A stretch of DNA of 64,000 nucleotides, from positions 32,001-96,000 of the IMG/VR virus record IMGVR_UViG_3300019888_000107. One strand, given 5' to 3'. Below the pieces are notes generated by a model that searched no databases, was not told the origin of the DNA, and was given only the letters and a program-made list of their open reading frames with translations. A program made the translations under genes and the position numbers. This DNA comes from a virus. How positions within the stretch are numbered: position 1 is the stretch's first letter; every line of letters starts with the position of its first letter. Of this stretch, positions 38,857 through 49,010 are shown one piece after another.

Positions 38857-39411
38857 TCATGAGGCACCGTCCAGCCAGCGGGTGAGCCAATCCCGTAGCG
38901 CGAGGGCGTTGTCCCGGTTCAGCCAGGTTTCACGCGCTTCGTAATCGGCGGAGTATCCATCCCGGGCTACTTCAATGCAGACCCCATCGACGGCATCCGG
39001 TGCCCGCGGGTAGGCTTTACCGCGTTCGTGGGGGATGTTGCGGGTATCTGGTTCGATCCAGGCGTATAGCCAGCAGTCCTTGTCGAGTTGCAGCGGGTCC
39101 GCCGACGGAGGTATACGGGCTGGTGCGTCAGGAAACGGGCTTATGGGCGCGGCCACGTGATACTCAACCCTGGGGCACGAACCATCAGGGCGCGGCTTGT
39201 ACGGACAAGGGGCGGGCTCCCAGATGTCCCGCTCGGCGTCCCGATAGTTCTTGACGTGATGCGGGCAGCGGATACTCGCGTCCCCTGGGGTGGGGCAGCC
39301 TCTCATTCGTTCTAAGAGGTCCAGCTGTTCGGCGGACAGTCGTGGTACGGGCTCACCCTTCGGTGTGGGGAACGGTCCGCTGGGCATCCACGGGTCGCGT
39401 TGTGCGCTCAT
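38857..39411 (-). CDS. Hypothetical protein
   Basis: Ends LNRDNALALRDWLTRWL. Confidence 0.5.
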   Translation of the reverse strand: MSAQRDPWMPSGPFPTPKGEPVPRLSAEQLDLLERMRGCPTPGDASIRCPHHVKNYRDAERDIWEPAPCPYKPRPDGSCPRVEYHVAAPISPFPDAPARIPPSADPLQLDKDCWLYAWIEPDTRNIPHERGKAYPRAPDAVDGVCIEVARDGYSADYEARETWLNRDNALALRDWLTRWLDGAS

Positions 39412-39717
39412 TGCTCTCTCCTGTGTGTGTGTACGCTGTTCCTCGGCGAACCGCTTCTCCGCGCATTTCCAGTGCTCAAAGTCCGGTATCCAGGCGTCGG
39501 CTTTCGCTTCGAGGGCGGCTTTGACTTCGGCGTAGCTTTTGACCGAACCGTCAGGGTTTTTGTTGTGCGTTACTGGTCACCATTGCGACCAGAACTGCCC
39601 GGTCAGGAGCGGCGCCGTGCACAGCCAAGACCAGCACTGGCCGCTTCTTGTACGGCTCATCCTCGCTCCTGCTGAAAGGAAACCAGACGGACCGGAGATC
39701 GCCAGGAGTGATCACTC

Positions 39718-39945
39718 TTAGAGATCGTCGTAGATCGCGTCGTCCTCGCAGTCCCAGTCCTCAGCCCAGAGGCGGGAGACGTAGGCACGGACGTCACCGT
39801 CGGCCTCGTCGTCGTCTGGCACGTACACGGCCGACGATCCAACGCTGTAGCTCAGGGAACTGCGGGGACTGCCGGCTGAGTTGGGAGCAAGCGGGACCAT
39901 GCGACTTGGCGCGGATGTCAGGTCCGGGAAGTACGCAAGTGTCAT
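39718..39945 (-). CDS. Hypothetical acidic protein
   Basis: GGAGG RBS. Confidence 0.5.
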   Translation of the reverse strand: MTLAYFPDLTSAPSRMVPLAPNSAGSPRSSLSYSVGSSAVYVPDDDEADGDVRAYVSRLWAEDWDCEDDAIYDDL

Positions 39946-40108
39946 TTCCGTTCCTCCCGAGGCCTATTTGCGTCCTCGACACGAGACAGGGTCGCCTCTA
40001 GGACGTCGAGCCACTCTCTCAACCTGGTGCGCACGCTCCGCTTCCCGCAGGTCGGGCACCTACCCGATTGCTGTCGACGGGCGACTACTTGGTCAAACCT
40101 GTAGGTCG

Positions 40109-40426
40109 TCATGCTGTACCTTCCATCCGCTTTCGTTCGGCGATCTCGTCGGCTAAATACCAAGCGCTTTTCTCCAGATCCTGAATCGACGTGCCTTTGA
40201 GTCCTTCGCGCCATAGGTACTTAATAACGTTGCCCAACGCGAATGGAAAATGCCGGGTAATGTCGATGCATTCGATGGGATGCCCGCACGACGAACAACG
40301 GAACGGCCCGGACGTATAGTGCGGCGGGTGATTGACCAGGTCGGGTGGTTCAGATACCGGTTTTGTCGGGGGTATACGTGTGGGTGCGTAGGTGGGTGGC
40401 GTCGGGAGACTCCCCATGACGCTCAT
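40109..40426 (-). CDS. DUF3310 family protein
   Basis: VNHPPHY..IECID..GNVIKYLWR..DLEKSAWYL. Confidence 0.85.
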   Translation of the reverse strand: MSVMGSLPTPPTYAPTRIPPTKPVSEPPDLVNHPPHYTSGPFRCSSCGHPIECIDITRHFPFALGNVIKYLWREGLKGTSIQDLEKSAWYLADEIAERKRMEGTA

Positions 40427-41010
40427 TCGCCCATCACCTTGTCCCAGATCTTCTGGGCAAACTGGGCATCACCCAGCGCGGTGTGTCTCTTGTCCTCGGG
40501 GATTGGGTCGAGCTTTAACGCTTCCGATAGGTCGTCGGAGTTCCACGGGGGCAGGAGCGGGCTACCTTGACCCGCGAGATACCCCACGGCGAGGTTTTCC
40601 ACATCGCAAAGGTGATAATGCCACGACGGCGCCAGCCCGTGATCACGCAGCAGCCGGTCGAATATCTCGGTGTCGAAATGGGGTACCGCCCCAACCAGAT
40701 GCGCGCCGTGGGTGAGCTGGGCAACCCGCAACGCGGCCGATCGACGGGTGACGTACTGGTGTTGGCCGTTCGGTGCGGGAGGTACGCCACCGTTGCCGAA
40801 CTTGATGAACTGCCCGAGCGGGTGCCGGCCATAGAAGCGCCCCACGTTGAGCCCGAACAGATCGGCGGTGGACAGGTCAATCTCGACGAACGCCGACCAG
40901 GTGATCTCAGGCTTACCGGGGCGACGCAGAATGAGGGCGATCTCCCAGGGTTTGCGGGTGGGATGTATACCATCAGATTCTGTGTCGATAAAACAAATGG
41001 GGACGTTCAC
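40423..41010 (-). CDS. Second DEDDh exonuclease
   Basis: FIDTE, PHFD, WHYH, HTALGDA. Confidence 0.8.
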   Translation of the reverse strand: MNVPICFIDTESDGIHPTRKPWEIALILRRPGKPEITWSAFVEIDLSTADLFGLNVGRFYGRHPLGQFIKFGNGGVPPAPNGQHQYVTRRSAALRVAQLTHGAHLVGAVPHFDTEIFDRLLRDHGLAPSWHYHLCDVENLAVGYLAGQGSPLLPPWNSDDLSEALKLDPIPEDKRHTALGDAQFAQKIWDKVMGE

Positions 41011-41012
41011 GC

Positions 41013-41204
41013 TTACTGCTCTCCTGTTTGTTTGACGTGCCGTCGGTGGTGTGTGGTGGCGGTCTTTTCGAACGGGCTGCCTTTGTGATCGCGGTTGATG
41101 CGCCACTGCCCGCACGTGCAATACCAGTGGGGTCTGGTGTTGTTGGGGATACCGAGATGTGCAAGCCCCGTAAAGCCAGGTCGATAGCGAAGTTCGTGGT
41201 CCAT
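41013..41204 (-). CDS. Small Zn-binding protein
   Basis: CTCG...HRRH. Confidence 0.5.
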   Translation of the reverse strand: MDHELRYRPGFTGLAHLGIPNNTRPHWYCTCGQWRINRDHKGSPFEKTATTHHRRHVKQTGEQ

Positions 41205-42172
41205 TACGACGCTTTCCCCGATTCGCTAGCTTTTGCCAACTGCCCTGGATTGCGTGCCCGCCATTGGGCTAGCCGGATGTAGTCGGGGGAAAGCTCGACG
41301 CCAATACCCATCCGACCAAGGGCTACCGCAACGATGGCTGTGGTGCCGGTACCAGAGAACGGATCGAGCACGACACCGCCGACGGGGGACCAGCCTTTGA
41401 TGAGCCGCCTAGGCCACTCCATCGGAAACGCAGCGAAGTGCTTGATCCCGAGGTCGGCGGGGACCGTCAGCGGCTGTGCTGTGATGGACCAGACCGAGCC
41501 GGGTAGTTTGCCGCGGGGATTCTGGGTGCTAGTGCGACCGCCGCCGGCCAGGTCGAGCCGGGCGTCTGGCCGATCGCGTCGGTTCCGCGCGTGTGCCGAG
41601 TTGTCGGTGTGCGGCTCCCGGATAGCGTCGATCGAGCTGTAGTAGCGCGGTCGCAGGGTGAGGTGGATCCAGTCCTCATGCGAGCGACGGACCCGATCAG
41701 TGACGGACTCGGGAATGGGGTTGGGCTTGGACCAGATCACCACTGCCCTGGCGATCAGCCCCAGTTCGTCCACCGCGCGGATCCGGAAGCGCTCGGGCAA
41801 CAGCAGCAGAGACTTCGGTGGGACTCCGGCGACCCGGCCTGAGCGACGTTTGGCGTGCTGATCACTGAGACCCCCACCCCGATGCCGCGCGCCGAGCTTG
41901 GCCAGGCCGGACTGTCCGCTGTTGCCGGTGGAGTACTTGTCGCCGAGGTTGATGAAGATTGACCCCGTGGGCTTGAGTACCCGGACCATCTCGGCAGTGC
42001 AGACGATCAGCGCGTCCAGGAACTCGGCCGGCGTGGGCTCACCACCGATCTGCCCCTCGATCCCGTAGTCACGCAGCCCGAAGTACGGCGGGGAGGTAAC
42101 GATCAGATCAACCGACTCGTCGGCTAATGGCAGATTGCGGGCGTCGCCTTGAATGAATGTCGGGATCGTCAC
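41204..42172 (-). CDS. N4-C/N6-A DNA methyltransferase (beta class)
   Basis: VTSPPY before DPFSGTGTT; HFAAFP. Confidence 0.88.
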   Translation of the reverse strand: MTIPTFIQGDARNLPLADESVDLIVTSPPYFGLRDYGIEGQIGGEPTPAEFLDALIVCTAEMVRVLKPTGSIFINLGDKYSTGNSGQSGLAKLGARHRGGGLSDQHAKRRSGRVAGVPPKSLLLLPERFRIRAVDELGLIARAVVIWSKPNPIPESVTDRVRRSHEDWIHLTLRPRYYSSIDAIREPHTDNSAHARNRRDRPDARLDLAGGGRTSTQNPRGKLPGSVWSITAQPLTVPADLGIKHFAAFPMEWPRRLIKGWSPVGGVVLDPFSGTGTTAIVAVALGRMGIGVELSPDYIRLAQWRARNPGQLAKASESGKAS

Positions 42173-45033
42173 GATGCCTTCCTCAATTTGCGAACAGACG
42201 CGCCACCCAGCAGCTCAGCCACAATGCGCGGATCCTGAACTAGGTCCCCAAGTTGCCCGGCTTTCTCTCGCAATACCGATCTCACACGGGTATCAATCGT
42301 GTTTTTGGCCAGCACATCTATGATTTCAATACATTCGTGCCCCTCACTCCCTATCCGATGCAGCCGATCTTCACTCTGGAGCGCTTCCACCAGCGACCAG
42401 GGACGTTGCAAAAACACGCAACACGACGCCGCTGTGAGTGTGATTCCAACCCCGCCGGCCCCCGTGGTGGCGCAAATCAGATCCAGCTCACCCGATTGGA
42501 ACGCCGCAATTGTCTTAGTCCGTTCAGTCATGGATTGCCCACCGACGATGTAGCCCACCCGACGCCCAGCCCCAGCCGCGGCCTCCCCGGCCAACATCAC
42601 CAACTGACGGGAGGGTGCGAATGCCACCACCGACGTTTCGGGGCGCTCGGCGCAGATTTCGAGGAGGGCGTCGACTTTCCAGCTGGGCGCTTTCAGGGTG
42701 ACCGACTGGTGAATCTGCTCTACGTCGAGCCCGTTAACGGTAATGATTTCCGTTGTCGTGTGCACGTCTGTTGCGGCGGAAGCTAATTGCGACAGCCGGG
42801 TCAGCTGCGCCAGGATTCCCATGACGGACATTTCGGTGCCGTCGGGCAGCTCGGCGAGCATGTCGGCTTCCATCGCGTCATAGGTACGCCGGTATTCGGC
42901 CGGGAGTTCGACGGTGCGGACGCTGTACACCTTCGGGGGTAGCTCGGTGAGCACATCGGCTTTCGCCACCCGCCGGTACTGCCCGAGCAGCGCGGTGCGG
43001 AATTCCTCTTGAGTGGCCGGGTGCAGTCCCAGGACGGTTTCGGAGTAGTCGCCGGGGATGGACAGCAGGTAGCGGTTGCACCAGCGTTCTTTCGACGGCC
43101 ACGCGGTCGGTGCCAGGGCGTCGAGGGTGGTCCAGAGGTTGCCAGGATGGTGTGTGATCGGGGTTCCGGATAGCGCGACGAAGTTGCTGGCACGACGGGC
43201 TAATTGACGCGATGCTCTAGACCGATTCGCGCCTACGGATTTGAGCAAATGTGACTCATCCGCCACAACAGACACAGGACGCATCCGCAGTAACGGGCCC
43301 GGTTTCGACGCACTACCGGTGTCGCGCCAGGCGGTGTCATAGCTGGACACATAGACATCAGCGATGCCGGACAAGGCATGTCGACGCGCCGGTATTCCAC
43401 GCCAGGCGACGGTGCGCCACTGCGGTGCCCAGTTCTGGAAGGTTTCGACCCAGGGATCCACCACCGACGCCGGGCACACCACCACCACCGGCAGCACAGG
43501 AGCGACTTCCGCACGTTCGACCAAGCCCAAGATGGTGGTTGGGGTTTTCCCGGTGTTGTGGGTAGGAATCAGTGCGGTGTCGGTGAGGTAGACGTGCTCG
43601 TCGTCCGAGTCCAACTCGATGCAGCACACCTCGGCGTAGCCGGCACGTTCGATCGACTCGATCGTTCGAGGCGGGTTTCGTCGCTGCACCCGTTGCGCGG
43701 CAGCTGCCCAGATGTCGCCCTTGCGGGGTAGCGCGAAGGGATTCGGCCCGTCCGCGGGAAAGCGGATTAGCACGCGGTGCTTCGGGAGACACTCGACCCG
43801 CTCGCCGCTCGCATTACGGTAGCCGGCGGGCTGGGGGTCCGATTCGGTGACAACGGCTCCCAGTGAGCGCGCGAGCCAGGCGACATCCGCGGCAAGCTGG
43901 GGTGAGGCCGACGAGAACTCCACCCCGGCGCCAACCTTGTTAACCGTCCCGTCGGTGTCGAGGAGTCCGGCCAGGACGCTACGACGAACACCTTCTGACG
44001 CGAGTCGATAACACGAATGCACGAATTTGGCGGCCGCCCCCTCCCGGGCACCGAGGTCAGCCAACTGGGATGGAAGCTCGCCATTGCGATGGAAATGCAC
44101 ACTCGGACAACGGTCGCCAGTTGGTCGCCGTGAGGAGGTGCCGAGTTGAGCTGCTGCTTTCTCAACCCGATCTAGGATGAAAGCGTCCGGGCACGTAATC
44201 GACAGATCAGCCCCACCGAGGGCGCCGTCGCCCAGGAGCGCGCCGTAGACGTACGAATCTAGCGGCAGCTCGGCGGAGGCGTTACCGAGATCTCGCAGAA
44301 CCGGCTGCTGGGGAAGGAAGAACTTCGCAGCTCGGCCTTGCCTGCCGTTCGGACCGTGTAACCCGGCTAGCGCGAGTAGGGACGTGGTCAGTACGCGGCC
44401 GCCTCCACGATTCCCGTGACGCTCGTTATGTGTGTAGACGTGCCAGCGGTGCTCAGCAGTGGCCAGCGTGCTGGTTCGATCGTTGAGGGTTACGCGGTAG
44501 ACGGCGTGCCCGTCGGAGAACCTCTTGACCTGCCGGACGCGCTGTTGACACCCATTCGCGCCGTACACGGTGTCGCCCGGTGCGAGATCACCAAGCCGGG
44601 TCCAGCCCTCCGGTGTGAGGATCGGCGTTGTCACCGGCTGCGGACCTGCCTCGTCGAAAAGTAAAGCCCGCCCAAGCGCGGAAATCATCTGAGCGCCCGA
44701 CACTTGATACGAGCGCGGCACCATCCCCGGCGGTGGCGTAACCGACAGCCCAGCCGGCGACGAATCGGGTAACCGGGCCGCTACCTGGGACGTAATCCAC
44801 TCGGTCAGCCGGGGACCCGGCGCCCACCCCGTTCCGAATGTGGAGGCGAGTTGCACGACGCCCGGCCAACTCGCGGCCATGACCAGCGCACCGGGCGGTT
44901 TCGATTGCTTGACCAGGGGCGTGCACAACGCGATCTGCCGGGATGCGTGGATGACGTCGTGCTCCGCGCCGGCCGCCATCAACACGATGCTGGATTCGTC
45001 CGCGGATAGCTCACCGACGATCGTGGCTGGCAT
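42169..45033 (-). CDS. SNF2-family helicase (intein-containing)
   Basis: DEAG|TGKT, DESH, LSGTP, QSEDRLHRIG. Confidence 0.88.
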   Translation of the reverse strand: MPATIVGELSADESSIVLMAAGAEHDVIHASRQIALCTPLVKQSKPPGALVMAASWPGVVQLASTFGTGWAPGPRLTEWITSQVAARLPDSSPAGLSVTPPPGMVPRSYQVSGAQMISALGRALLFDEAGPQPVTTPILTPEGWTRLGDLAPGDTVYGANGCQQRVRQVKRFSDGHAVYRVTLNDRTSTLATAEHRWHVYTHNERHGNRGGGRVLTTSLLALAGLHGPNGRQGRAAKFFLPQQPVLRDLGNASAELPLDSYVYGALLGDGALGGADLSITCPDAFILDRVEKAAAQLGTSSRRPTGDRCPSVHFHRNGELPSQLADLGAREGAAAKFVHSCYRLASEGVRRSVLAGLLDTDGTVNKVGAGVEFSSASPQLAADVAWLARSLGAVVTESDPQPAGYRNASGERVECLPKHRVLIRFPADGPNPFALPRKGDIWAAAAQRVQRRNPPRTIESIERAGYAEVCCIELDSDDEHVYLTDTALIPTHNTGKTPTTILGLVERAEVAPVLPVVVVCPASVVDPWVETFQNWAPQWRTVAWRGIPARRHALSGIADVYVSSYDTAWRDTGSASKPGPLLRMRPVSVVADESHLLKSVGANRSRASRQLARRASNFVALSGTPITHHPGNLWTTLDALAPTAWPSKERWCNRYLLSIPGDYSETVLGLHPATQEEFRTALLGQYRRVAKADVLTELPPKVYSVRTVELPAEYRRTYDAMEADMLAELPDGTEMSVMGILAQLTRLSQLASAATDVHTTTEIITVNGLDVEQIHQSVTLKAPSWKVDALLEICAERPETSVVAFAPSRQLVMLAGEAAAGAGRRVGYIVGGQSMTERTKTIAAFQSGELDLICATTGAGGVGITLTAASCCVFLQRPWSLVEALQSEDRLHRIGSEGHECIEIIDVLAKNTIDTRVRSVLREKAGQLGDLVQDPRIVAELLGGASVRKLRKAS
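43555..44643 (-). mobile_element. Class 3 intein with LAGLIDADG endonuclease (363 aa) in the helicase Walker A motif
   Basis: Pro1 (PQPVTT); W in HRW, C in VCCIE, T in PTHN|T; GALLGDG and LAGLLDTDG. Confidence 0.85.
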
Positions 45034-45105
45034 TAGGCACCCCTCTTGACACGACGCGTCCGGTGCACAAAAATGGAATTGCCCTAGTCGTGCGGGGCAG
45101 GTCGG

Positions 45106-45150
45106 GAAACGGCGCCACCTGTGGTTTTTGCGGGGTGGCGCCGTTTCTTT
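45106..45150. terminator. Strong hairpin upstream of the helicase gene
   Basis: GAAACGGCGCCACC/GGTGGCGCCGTTTC. Confidence 0.55.
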
Positions 45151-45318
45151 ATGGCCAGGAGAGCAGCAGGTACAGCGCCACCCCGCCGGCCACACATCCG
45201 TAAATGGTTAACCACCAGATCCCGCTCACCACCGCCAACACCACCCCCACCACGAGAAGCAGGGTGGACAGGAATGCGGCGATAGCGGCGGCGAGCGGAC
45301 TCCGGTCAAACAACTGAC

Positions 45319-46149
45319 TCAGCCACTGACCTGACTGGTGAGCCGGGCGAGCAGAGCCTGCTGCTCAGGGCTGAGCCCACCCGGCGGATCTGACACCGGG
45401 GGGATGACGCCTGGGACCGGCGGGTGGATATCGAGGGGTGGCGGCATGTGCGGAGCGATCGGTGGGGCCACCGGCGGCGGGGTGGGCAGCGGAATCGACT
45501 CCGGAAGCGCCGCTGATTGCGTGTTGCCGCCGCCACCGTTCCGCACAGCCCCACCCTCGGGACGCCAGTACCGCACCGAATAGACCGCCGCCGGGTTCAT
45601 CCCCGCACCACTCGGACGTTCCCCGGTCTTGGTCACCTGGATGGTGGCGCCGGCCTCGGGAGGACCCGCCGGAGCGCCCCCCTCCGCCATCGCCCGGGTC
45701 AACTCGTCACGCGCCGCACCCGCGCACCACCACTGAGCCTGCCCGTCGGGGTGATCCTGTGACGGTTGGATCAGGCACGGCACCCGCAGCACGAACTTGG
45801 GACGCCCGTCGCGGAACGTAGCCGGCTGGTTGGTGCCGCGCTGGGTTTGCTGCTGCACGTCGGCGTCGGTGATCGGGCGCGAGACAATCACCGTGTGCGT
45901 GGTGCCGACCGTGGCGAACTTGAGCGCCGCCCCACCGCCGGTCGAGGGCTGGCTGAAATAGGCGTCGAGCGAGCCGGCCATCAACTCCTGCTGCGGCGGT
46001 TGGGGCTGCTGCGGGTACTGCTGAGTGGGGGGCTGGTATTGCGGCTGCTGATACTGCGGGGCGTAGGGCGGCTGTGGGTATTGCGGTTGCCCTGGGGGAA
46101 AGCCGGTCCCTGTACCGGGGAAGTTCGGGTTGTATTGCGGTGCATTCAC
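45319..46149 (-). CDS. Probable ssDNA-binding protein with Q/P-rich tails
   Basis: Core ALKFATVGT..FRDGRPK; next to an exonuclease gene. Confidence 0.5.
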   Translation of the reverse strand: MNAPQYNPNFPGTGTGFPPGQPQYPQPPYAPQYQQPQYQPPTQQYPQQPQPPQQELMAGSLDAYFSQPSTGGGAALKFATVGTTHTVIVSRPITDADVQQQTQRGTNQPATFRDGRPKFVLRVPCLIQPSQDHPDGQAQWWCAGAARDELTRAMAEGGAPAGPPEAGATIQVTKTGERPSGAGMNPAAVYSVRYWRPEGGAVRNGGGGNTQSAALPESIPLPTPPPVAPPIAPHMPPPLDIHPPVPGVIPPVSDPPGGLSPEQQALLARLTSQVSG

Positions 46150-46241
46150 GTGCGTGTCCTCTCCCTGAATGATGTGCGGCGCGCGTGTCGGTGGTTTCCA
46201 GGCCCGAGTGACGACGCGTGCCGTTCCTGTCGTGTATTCCT

Positions 46242-46508
46242 CTATCCTTTATCCGATGCGCTCTCGACCGGCGTATCCACTTTCTTCCGCCGATCCGCGT
46301 GCGCCGCCCGACAAGGCCCACAGGACCCCTCGGGACGTTGATGGCAGCGCAGGTAGCCGTAGAGGGTGCCGTGCGGAATGTCGGTCGTCAGCGTCGCAAC
46401 GTATTCCCTCGCCGCTGTCCGACAGTCGACACACGAACCTTCATCCCGCTTCACGCACTGCTGATAACCATTGCGGGTGCCGTGCGCGATCTCCACGATT
46501 TTCCTCAT
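46242..46508 (-). CDS. Small protein with two HGT..GY..C..CR repeats
   Basis: HGTRNGYQQC..CVDCR and HGTLYGYLRC..CGPCR. Confidence 0.6.
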   Translation of the reverse strand: MRKIVEIAHGTRNGYQQCVKRDEGSCVDCRTAAREYVATLTTDIPHGTLYGYLRCHQRPEGSCGPCRAAHADRRKKVDTPVESASDKG

Positions 46509-47317
46509 GCCGCTTTCCCTACGTGACCAGGGCATCCCGCGCCACCGTCATGTGCGGACTGCGGGCGGAATTGCGAGCAGAAGTAGCACGACGCGTCCTC
46601 TGGGGTTGCTGGTACATCCATCAGCGTCGCTTCTCCGGTGAGCAATTTAATGGCCCACTGTTTACGAGCCTTGGTCTGCGCGAATACTTCTGCCAGTAAG
46701 ACGTCGTCGGCTGCGGAGTACTCACGCTCCCACACCCACAGTCCATCGAGCGAGCCAGCAGCGGCCGGGTACGCGGCCAGCACCACCCGTTTGACAGGCA
46801 GGCCCATTAATCGATAACCATGCGCGTAGAGCAATAGCTGAACCACGTAATGGCGGGGAGGCCCGTCAGCGGCGCGGATTTTACCCATGCTCGTTGGCGA
46901 TAGGAATTTGTGGTCTACACAAGCTTGCTCCCGAGCGTCATACAAATCAGCTGTACCCGGGTGATCGGGATGGGGCGTGACGCGCTGCTCGACTACCCAA
47001 CGAATCTCTCCCGACCGTTCGTTGTCTCCGGCAAACGCATCGGCTGCCGCGACGTGTAGGGCTTGGCCTCGCCACGACGGAAAGGGATCCGCGACGTGAT
47101 TAGTCGACGGGAGCCCCGCGAGTTTGGCGGCTACCTGGCGGCAACATACCGCCCCAAGCTCTGAGGGCCCGAGGTGGGCCTGCAGCGACCTGGGGGCTTG
47201 GGCGGCGTGCTCGTGGATAACTCGACGCAATTCAACCGCGTACCGACTAGCCCATGCCGATGATCCGTTGAGGGGGGCTGGGGCCGTCATGAATTCCGCA
47301 GCCGTGGGTGCCGTCAT
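46505..47317 (-). CDS. Cas4-like/RecB PD-(D/E)xK exonuclease
   Basis: PSELG..C, GTADL..VDHK, QLLLY, CYFC...C (Fe-S type). Confidence 0.75.
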   Translation of the reverse strand: MTAPTAAEFMTAPAPLNGSSAWASRYAVELRRVIHEHAAQAPRSLQAHLGPSELGAVCCRQVAAKLAGLPSTNHVADPFPSWRGQALHVAAADAFAGDNERSGEIRWVVEQRVTPHPDHPGTADLYDAREQACVDHKFLSPTSMGKIRAADGPPRHYVVQLLLYAHGYRLMGLPVKRVVLAAYPAAAGSLDGLWVWEREYSAADDVLLAEVFAQTKARKQWAIKLLTGEATLMDVPATPEDASCYFCSQFRPQSAHDGGAGCPGHVGKAA

Positions 47318-47613
47318 TCCCACCACCCATTCCGTTCGTGGTGGATCGCGGCGGACAGCACCCGCACACCGATGTAGAGCTGTACCGACGTCCAGAAATC
47401 GGGTGCTGGTACGACGGACCACATCGAATGTGCGGCGGAGAACCCCAGCATGAGCAGGGCGCCGGCCGCTGGGAGCCACGCGAGTCCGACGAACAGGCTG
47501 AGCCAGATGTCCTCACGCGACTTCGGTGCCGGCTTCACCATCTGAATACGCAGGATGCTGCCGGTCATTGTCGCGTTCGTGGCCTTGCGACGCAAGGATT
47601 CAGCAGTGGTCAT
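47314..47613 (-). CDS. Membrane protein
   Basis: Hydrophobic segments. Confidence 0.5.
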   Translation of the reverse strand: MTTAESLRRKATNATMTGSILRIQMVKPAPKSREDIWLSLFVGLAWLPAAGALLMLGFSAAHSMWSVVPAPDFWTSVQLYIGVRVLSAAIHHERNGWWE

Positions 47614-47900
47614 CCATCACCACCCTCTCCACCCTTCTCTCCGTTCTTAGCCAGGTGTGCGCGGATCGCGGAATGGCTGGGCAGGAATGTTTTTTGCGAG
47701 ACGGAGAACACGTAGGCGTATGCCTCGGCCGCGCTGGCCAACCGACGGACGTCCTGCAGGGTGAGCGTTTTAGGGCTGTGTGCCGCTTTCCAACAGGCTT
47801 CCTTCGAGGCGCGGGGATCCGGCCAGGTCCGTCGGTGGGTCGAGTTTTCAGGGTCGATCTCGAAGAAACCGCCGGGGACTTGCTTAATCGGCTCGGGCAT
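47610..47900 (-). CDS. Hypothetical protein
   Basis: Coupled ORF. Confidence 0.5.
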   Translation of the reverse strand: MPEPIKQVPGGFFEIDPENSTHRRTWPDPRASKEACWKAAHSPKTLTLQDVRRLASAAEAYAYVFSVSQKTFLPSHSAIRAHLAKNGEKGGEGGDG

Positions 47901-48069
47901 CCATCACCGTTTCGTCGCCACCATCTCCACCATCCCCATCAATGTCGTCACGCACCTCCGAGCGAGCGTCCGGGGGTGACTCGAACCACGCCCCCAGCCC
48001 AGCGCCCAATCCGTATGCCTGGTACTCGCCGGCCACGGGCCATTCCTTGCGTGGTTGCTGGTCAGTCAT
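47884..48069 (-). CDS. Hypothetical protein
   Basis: Coupled ORF. Confidence 0.4.
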   Translation of the reverse strand: MTDQQPRKEWPVAGEYQAYGLGAGLGAWFESPPDARSEVRDDIDGDGGDGGDETVMDARAD

Positions 48070-48259
48070 GAGGTATACCCCCGAAATCGAATTCGTTGTT
48101 TTTTACGCCAGCGATGAACGCAATCCACTCGTTTCGGGTGAACCACAATGCGTCAGCGTCGTCAGTTGTGGAGCGCTTAAGAGCGATCATGCCGTTGTCC
48201 AGTACAGCCACGAGCACGCAATCGCCTCGGGTGCATCGGCTGCTGGCTTTGAAGTTCAT
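48062..48259 (-). CDS. DUF397 family protein
   Basis: FKASS..GDCVLVA..FTRNEWIAFIAGVKNNEF. Confidence 0.8.
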   Translation of the reverse strand: MNFKASSRCTRGDCVLVAVLDNGMIALKRSTTDDADALWFTRNEWIAFIAGVKNNEFDFGGIPHD

Positions 48260-48699
48260 GACACACGCTCCGGCCAGTGCCAGGTACCGCCGGCTTTAGT
48301 GCGCTCGTCTTGTTCAACGCCGCGGTTGAAGAACTGCCCAGTCGGGTTGAGGACACACAAACCAACTACAGGGCCGAATCCCGCGTTGTCGCTCACTTCC
48401 GTGACGATGGCCGCGCGGCATACGGAGGTGTATGTCTGGCTGCCGTCTGGCTGTACCGGGGTTCCATGGCTGACGTAGTGACAAATTCGCCCCACGGATG
48501 GTGTCTGAGTCATATTCGATGTACCGAAATCGAACTCGTTGTTTTTCACGCCGGCCACAAACGCTGCCCATTCATCCGCAGTGAAACTGAGCATCGGCCC
48601 GTCGGCGACCTTCGAATCCCTCACACCAATCGTGCCGTCCCCTAGCTGGGCTACAGTGACGCAGGTGATGGCGCTGTAACTGCTTTTCTTGAAGTTCAT
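48256..48699 (-). CDS. DUF397 fused in frame to a second phage domain
   Basis: FKKSSYS..VRDSK..EWAAFVAGVKNNEF then PSVGRICHYV..GTWHWPER. Confidence 0.7.
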   Translation of the reverse strand: MNFKKSSYSAITCVTVAQLGDGTIGVRDSKVADGPMLSFTADEWAAFVAGVKNNEFDFGTSNMTQTPSVGRICHYVSHGTPVQPDGSQTYTSVCRAAIVTEVSDNAGFGPVVGLCVLNPTGQFFNRGVEQDERTKAGGTWHWPERVS

Positions 48700-49010
48700 G
48701 ACGCGACTCGCAGACTCCAGATGGTGGTTTGCTTCGCGTATTTCACGTATGTCTCGGGTAGGTCCGCGCGCAAGCTTTTGCTGTCCAGCCGCCATTGCAC
48801 GCTCGCCGAGAGCCGTAGTGGGGTGTGTAGGTCGGCGCTTTTGAGCAGGACGGACTTCTCACCGGGGGCGGCGGCGACCAGCTCGGCCTTGATCCCGTCT
48901 TTGATCTCGTTCAGTCGCTCCGTTGCCTCGTCGGCTGTGGCTTTGGCGGCGTCGTAGGCCGCGGCGAGCTGGTGGAGTCGGGTGTCGGGGGTGGGCTCGA
49001 TGGTGGTCAT
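48696..49010 (-). CDS. Hypothetical coiled-coil protein
   Basis: ATGA coupling. Confidence 0.6.
   Translation of the reverse strand: MTTIEPTPDTRLHQLAAAYDAAKATADEATERLNEIKDGIKAELVAAAPGEKSVLLKSADLHTPLRLSASVQWRLDSKSLRADLPETYVKYAKQTTIWSLRVAS

Noticed and set aside
46505-47317. Cas4 as adaptation partner of the RAMP gene
   Set aside because: Cas4-like nucleases are routine in actinophage recombination modules. This one sits near the SSB-like gene and helicase, about 4 kb from the RAMP gene.
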